A stretch of 30,621 bases of DNA from Candidatus Hodarchaeota archaeon (GTDB lineage Archaea; Asgardarchaeota; Heimdallarchaeia; Hodarchaeales; Hodarchaeaceae). The notes beneath the pieces are model-generated. The model saw only the letters and a program-made list of their open reading frames with translations, was not told the origin of the DNA and made no database searches. The position numbers and the translations under genes are program-made. Shown one piece after another: positions 26,226 to 30,621 of this stretch (its first letter is position 1; every line of letters starts with the position of its first letter). The stretch is taken from NCBI GenBank assembly GCA_016840035.1, contig JAEOTC010000016.1:1-30621 (forward strand), written 5' to 3'.

Positions 26226-26795
26226 ATGAACGAGATGAGAAATCAATTAAGATACCTTATGATTGTCAAACCTGGAGGATTACCCCTCTATTCACACAGT
26301 GTGAACTTTAAAACAGATTTAGAATGTCAAACCTTTAATCAGCGATTATCCGATTTAGACATTAATCCTATATTACTCGGAGGTCTTTTTGAAGCAATAA
26401 AACATTTGTTTCATGAACTAATTCACGATAATTTCCAATTGATTGATATTAGCTTCTCTAGCTACCGAGTAAGTGGATTGGTATTCAAAAACTTACTCTT
26501 TTTAGGAATTTTTGGGATTATTAGAGGAGAATCTTCTCAGACCCAGGAAGAGTTTATTCCATATCTGGGAGAGATTGCAGAAGTTTTTACACGAAAATTC
26601 CCAGGTGCTCTTGATGCGAATAATGAATACGATTTTTCACATTATGATGCATTTACAATTAATCTAGTCAATTTAGGATATGTTTTATCTCTCGCTGATT
26701 GCCGAGATTGTCTAGCTAAATGTGCTGATGAAAATAAGGGATGTTTACCCCATTTATATTATTACAAAGAACAACAAGCTAAAATGCAAGGTTAA
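26226..26795 (+). CDS. Longin-like domain protein with a C-terminal Cys/His cluster
   Basis: N-terminal LRYLMIVKPGGLPLYSH beta-hairpin, helix LLGGLFEAIKHLFHEL, three strands, then helix LGEIAEVFTRKF: the longin beta-beta-alpha-beta-beta-beta-alpha pattern. Tail CRDCLAKC-x6-CLPH. Confidence 0.65.
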   Translation: MNEMRNQLRYLMIVKPGGLPLYSHSVNFKTDLECQTFNQRLSDLDINPILLGGLFEAIKHLFHELIHDNFQLIDISFSSYRVSGLVFKNLLFLGIFGIIRGESSQTQEEFIPYLGEIAEVFTRKFPGALDANNEYDFSHYDAFTINLVNLGYVLSLADCRDCLAKCADENKGCLPHLYYYKEQQAKMQG

Positions 26796-26921
26796 TACCT
26801 ATTAAGTAGATATTTTTTGAGTTCATTTATGTAGATCAAAGACTCTGGATATTTGTCTTCAGAACTAAAACACAGGAATACAGAAGAAAGTCTCTACCTA
26901 GTTTCTGTTTGTTTGCTTAAA

Positions 26922-27794
26922 ATGACCTCTCTCGACATCATATCCAATGCTCAAGAATTAATTAGATCTAGAACATCTATCAGAACCTACGACTCGTCTG
27001 TTGATGTTAAACCCGAAGTGAACTTGATTCGTAAGTTTTTTAACTACTTACCTTCAAGTCCATTTTCTGGATCAGCACGCTTTGAGCTAGTTCAACTTGG
27101 AAATGTCAATAGATTAAAAAAACTTAGACTAGGAACATATGGTTTTGTAAAACGAGCTGAAAATTTCATTATCGGTATTCTAACTGAACCTTCAGCTCAT
27201 GACTTAGAAAACATTGGGTTTCTCTTTGAATGTCTTATTCTATTCGCTACGAAATTAAATTTAGGTACCGTCTGGCTTGGGGGAACATTTAATCGAAGAG
27301 CTTTTTCAAATCATCTTAAATTAAGTGAAGGGGAGACAATCCCCATTATTTCACCACTCGGAAAAAGTGCTACAAAGCAAACATATCGCTCAAGGGCAAT
27401 TAAATCAATTGCACAGTCTAAAACTCGGAGACCCTGGGAGAAATTGTTTTTTGATACTACATTTGAGCGTCCCCTCCCAAAGGATGTTGTTAAAGAATAT
27501 GAGGTTCCCTTAGAAATGGTAAGACTAGCTCCTTCTTCGTCGAATTCCCAACCATGGCGAGTTATCTTCTCACCCGAGGAGAATAAATTTCATTTTTACA
27601 TCTATCGAAGAAGTTCTCGGTCTCGTAACCTCTTTAGCTGGCCTGATTTTTCTCGTATCGACCTTGGTATAGGTATTTGTCATTTTAATATTTGTGTTGA
27701 ACAGATGCAGCTTCCAGGAAACTGGCAATTCGACGTTCCTATTCGACCAGAGGCTGAGAATATGGACTACTTGATTTCTTGGGTACCTAGATAA
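26922..27794 (+). CDS. Nitroreductase-family FMN-binding protein (duplicated-domain, TM1586-like)
   Basis: IRSRTSIRTY FMN-binding start; LGTVWLGGTF; second-domain RLAPSSSNSQPWRV and RIDLGIGICHF. ATG 26922 preferred over TTG 26853. Confidence 0.9.
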   Translation: MTSLDIISNAQELIRSRTSIRTYDSSVDVKPEVNLIRKFFNYLPSSPFSGSARFELVQLGNVNRLKKLRLGTYGFVKRAENFIIGILTEPSAHDLENIGFLFECLILFATKLNLGTVWLGGTFNRRAFSNHLKLSEGETIPIISPLGKSATKQTYRSRAIKSIAQSKTRRPWEKLFFDTTFERPLPKDVVKEYEVPLEMVRLAPSSSNSQPWRVIFSPEENKFHFYIYRRSSRSRNLFSWPDFSRIDLGIGICHFNICVEQMQLPGNWQFDVPIRPEAENMDYLISWVPR

Positions 27795-27795
27795 T

Positions 27796-28647
27796 TTAAA
27801 TGATTTTCTTCTGATTATTTCTTCTTTGGGCAACTAAACTTCTTAGAAATGCAGCTGTGAGTATCAAAAACACACATGACATATTGAAGACCCAGTTTTG
27901 GAATAATATATCAGAATAAACAAGCATTAAGCTACACCCTATTGGAAGTAAGCTGTTTGCAATTAGTTTAAAGTTTGAAGGGAATTTGAAGGGTAGTAAA
28001 TACCTCAAAGTAATGGGAAGAAAGGTTAAAGGTAAAATAAGTGGTATTAGGCTAATTATTTGCTGATCAAAGCCATTTATGAGATATACACTACCAAGAA
28101 TTATAGAAATAGCTGTTCCTAGAAGTATTCCATAACAACCAGTACAGAAAAACTTCTTCTTAAATTGGAATTCATGCCCTGCAGTAATTAAATGAGGAGG
28201 ATGATGAGAATGATTAATAGAAAACCAACCAAACTTGGTGGAAAGAGAGTTCCTTGATATATTTTTCATCCTATTACAGGAAAATTGCTGATTCGGTCTA
28301 TGGATTCTAATGCCAGTTAAATTAAATGCTAGAATGACTGATCCGAATATTGTCATTATAATTGGCCCCTGTGAGTTGAAGGCTTGAAAAATCCCTAGGA
28401 ATATCGAAGTGACAAGTGCGCAACCTAAAGTGAACAAATAAGGTAAAAATATTGTGTCTGTTGATGATCCACAAGAACAAGTCGCCCCTGAACATGATTC
28501 CGAGCAGGCATTAGAGCAAGCATCAGAGCAAGCCTGATTACACGAATCTTGACAATTTGCAGTACAAGAATCAGTACAGCTTTGACAGCATGACCTTGTA
28601 CAATCTTGACAAAATTCCTCAATACAATTCGTTTCTTCTGTGGACAT
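27796..28647 (-). CDS. Polytopic membrane protein with an N-terminal Cys-x3 ladder and a His/CxxC metal-binding motif (DUF2085-like C-terminal part)
   Basis: 15 Cys in 52 residues at the N-terminus; about 6 hydrophobic segments; HSHHPPH...H...FCTGCYG before the last four TMs; basic tail. ATG 28647 follows SD-like GGTGA (the ORF opens at GTG 28656). Confidence 0.75.
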   Translation of the reverse strand: MSTEETNCIEEFCQDCTRSCCQSCTDSCTANCQDSCNQACSDACSNACSESCSGATCSCGSSTDTIFLPYLFTLGCALVTSIFLGIFQAFNSQGPIIMTIFGSVILAFNLTGIRIHRPNQQFSCNRMKNISRNSLSTKFGWFSINHSHHPPHLITAGHEFQFKKKFFCTGCYGILLGTAISIILGSVYLINGFDQQIISLIPLILPLTFLPITLRYLLPFKFPSNFKLIANSLLPIGCSLMLVYSDILFQNWVFNMSCVFLILTAAFLRSLVAQRRNNQKKII

Positions 28648-28760
28648 AAATCTCACCAGTTTGTAGTCTCATTTGATCTGGAAGAAGGGATATAAAAATG
28701 TTTAGCTCAATATATTTCATTGAATAGGAGAGATCTCACCCCATAGACACAAACTATTTA

Positions 28761-30383
28761 CTAATCAGAAACATTCTTTTGGGGGTCTTTGAACAGCATA
28801 ATAGGGGTAGTAAAGAACCTTTTAATCCTTCCTGGATCAACGATTTGCTCTTTCGCATATTTAACTCCTAGATGATCGAGTCTTAAGAGAAAATTTTTCA
28901 AGCGTTTACGAAAATCAGGATAATCCTTTTCTTTTGGAGACCAAGCAATCTCACTAAGGGCCGTCAACCGTGGAAATGCTTGCCAATCAATCCTCGAGAC
29001 CGAGGGAACCCATTCAGTCCAGAGAGGAGCCTCAATCCCAAGAATATTCCTTTGAAATTCCTCTTCCAAACCACTTGGAATAGGATCATATTGATATGAT
29101 TTCTTCAACGGTGTCATTACATATGGATAATCAAGATAAGTATAGAAGAAATTAGATCGGATAATTCTTCTACCATGTCTGAGGTGGTTTAGCACACGAT
29201 CCGTCCCCCCTAACCAATGTTGGATAATAACATCTGAATCTAAATCATCAAATTCTTGAGAGAGAATCTCATTCCAACCAATTGGTATCTTATTCATCGA
29301 TTTAAGGAGTTGAACAACACGGGAGGTAAAATATTCCTGAAGGGCATGCTCATCTGGTAAGGTCTCCTCTTCTATCCGATTTTGGCAATCAGGACATTCA
29401 ATCCATCGATCTTTAGGAGCTTCATCTCCCCCTATGTGGAAGTAAGGATCGGGAAATAGCGGAACAACTTCATTGAGAACATCTTCAATGAGAGTGAAAA
29501 CATGTTCTTTTCCAGGACACAAAACATCTTTAAACACTCCCCAATCGGTAGCTACAGGAAGAGGATCACCAGTGCAACTATATTCAGGATATGCAGCAAG
29601 AAGAGCTCTTGTGTGCCCTGGTAAATCGATTTCAGGGACTACAAGAATATATCTAGACTGAGCATACTCAATAACTTCCTTAATATCTTCTTGAGAATAG
29701 AATCCTTCGTGAGGAGTCAGTGATCTCTTCTTTCGAAAAAAACTCTTATACCCCCCAATTTGACTCCCTTGTCGTTTTGCACCAACTTGAGTTAATCGAG
29801 GATATTTCTTTATCTCTATACGCCATCCTTGATCTTCCGTTAAATGCCAATGGAATACGTTTAGTTTATGCAAAGCCATTAGGTCAAGAAATCTTTTGAC
29901 AACGTGCTTTCCATGAAAATGTCTACCCTCATCGAACATAAACCCTCTCCAGCTAAATCGAGGATAGTCGAAAATATCAACTCCTGGAATTGCCCAACTT
30001 TTCTCACATACTGTTCTAGACTCAATTTCAACAGGCAACAACTGTCTGAGGCTTTGAACTGCATAAAACATTCCCCTCAAAGAGTTAGCTTTTAGTACAA
30101 CTTGATCAGAAGTGCTAAGAAGGCTATATCCCTCTTCTCCGTACCTATCTGAGGAAGAATCGTGAATTAAAATTATCGCTTGACGATGGGAGTTTATAGC
30201 TACAAACTCTTCGAGAGTAAAACTCATTCCAGTTGGAGAAGATAGCAAATCGTGCAAATAATTTGCAATTGGTTGAAAGAGGGGAAGAAATACAATCGAA
30301 GTATTCGCTTTTAGGTCAAATTCTTGAGAAGTTACTTCACACTTAACTGGTTTGGGAATAATAAAAATCGTGTCTTCGCACAT
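28761..30383 (-). CDS. Beta-N-acetylhexosaminidase, glycoside hydrolase family 20 (cytoplasmic)
   Basis: GH20b N-domain (IIPKP...EEGYSL...GMFYAVQSLRQL); DYPRFSWRGFMFDEGRHF, HWHLTEDQGWR, PEIDLPGH, catalytic HIGGDEA, GIEAPLWTE, FPRLTALSE. No signal peptide. Confidence 0.96.
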   Translation of the reverse strand: MCEDTIFIIPKPVKCEVTSQEFDLKANTSIVFLPLFQPIANYLHDLLSSPTGMSFTLEEFVAINSHRQAIILIHDSSSDRYGEEGYSLLSTSDQVVLKANSLRGMFYAVQSLRQLLPVEIESRTVCEKSWAIPGVDIFDYPRFSWRGFMFDEGRHFHGKHVVKRFLDLMALHKLNVFHWHLTEDQGWRIEIKKYPRLTQVGAKRQGSQIGGYKSFFRKKRSLTPHEGFYSQEDIKEVIEYAQSRYILVVPEIDLPGHTRALLAAYPEYSCTGDPLPVATDWGVFKDVLCPGKEHVFTLIEDVLNEVVPLFPDPYFHIGGDEAPKDRWIECPDCQNRIEEETLPDEHALQEYFTSRVVQLLKSMNKIPIGWNEILSQEFDDLDSDVIIQHWLGGTDRVLNHLRHGRRIIRSNFFYTYLDYPYVMTPLKKSYQYDPIPSGLEEEFQRNILGIEAPLWTEWVPSVSRIDWQAFPRLTALSEIAWSPKEKDYPDFRKRLKNFLLRLDHLGVKYAKEQIVDPGRIKRFFTTPIMLFKDPQKNVSD

Positions 30384-30621
30384 CTCTATTCCTCACAACA
30401 AAAGGATATTAGGTTAATATATAATTTCTGTATAAATTTGTATGAAAAACTACAAAAATGAACCTTTTTTAAAAATTATGAGTTGATTCCTAGCAGGTAG
30501 AAATTACTATGAAGGGCTTAAGATACGATCTAAAGGTCTATAAAGTCTTACTCAAGAAATTACATATTGGGGGAAAGTACATCATGGTGAAGTATAGGGA
30601 GGATTGGGAAAAACCTCATAT

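Noticed and set aside
28471-28647. Stand-alone ranthipeptide/CXXX-repeat RiPP precursor cluster
   Set aside because: The ladder is continuous in frame with a multi-TM protein, and no radical SAM, peptidase or exporter gene is adjacent. It is kept only as an analogy.
27325-30095. Short ORFs overlapping the nitroreductase, Cys-rich and GH20 genes
   Set aside because: They are nested in or antisense to confidently assigned genes and have no motifs.

Overview
AT-rich archaeal window, most consistent with an Asgard archaeon (Heimdallarchaeia/Hodarchaeales-like). This assignment is inferred from a Rab-like GTPase lacking a prenylation motif next to a longin-like gene, and from NosD-type surface proteins with S/T-linker-TM-basic tails. 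The first ~24 kb is a cell-surface island: an anchored M1 aminopeptidase, two beta-helix proteins, a DUF11/TRAP-beta-like protein, a 3x Cys-Trp-Cys Ig-like protein, a ~3.5k-aa giant adhesin-like protein and a TM-anchored unknown, interrupted by one cytoplasmic GH4 glycosidase. The right ~6 kb carries an alpha/beta hydrolase, a Rab-like GTPase plus a Cys-tailed longin-like protein, a nitroreductase, a membrane protein with a Cys-x3 ladder, and a GH20 hexosaminidase. The most striking structure is inside the giant protein. About 22 Ig-like domains form a three-domain super-repeat, and the same loop of one domain class is a 'slot' holding a 221-aa cargo domain A (x2), a ~112-aa cargo domain B (x3) or nothing (x1). 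Four phased copies of TCCGACAAAA sit at the left edge. I recognised no rRNA, tRNA, CRISPR array or transposase. All family assignments come from motif recognition, not database searches.
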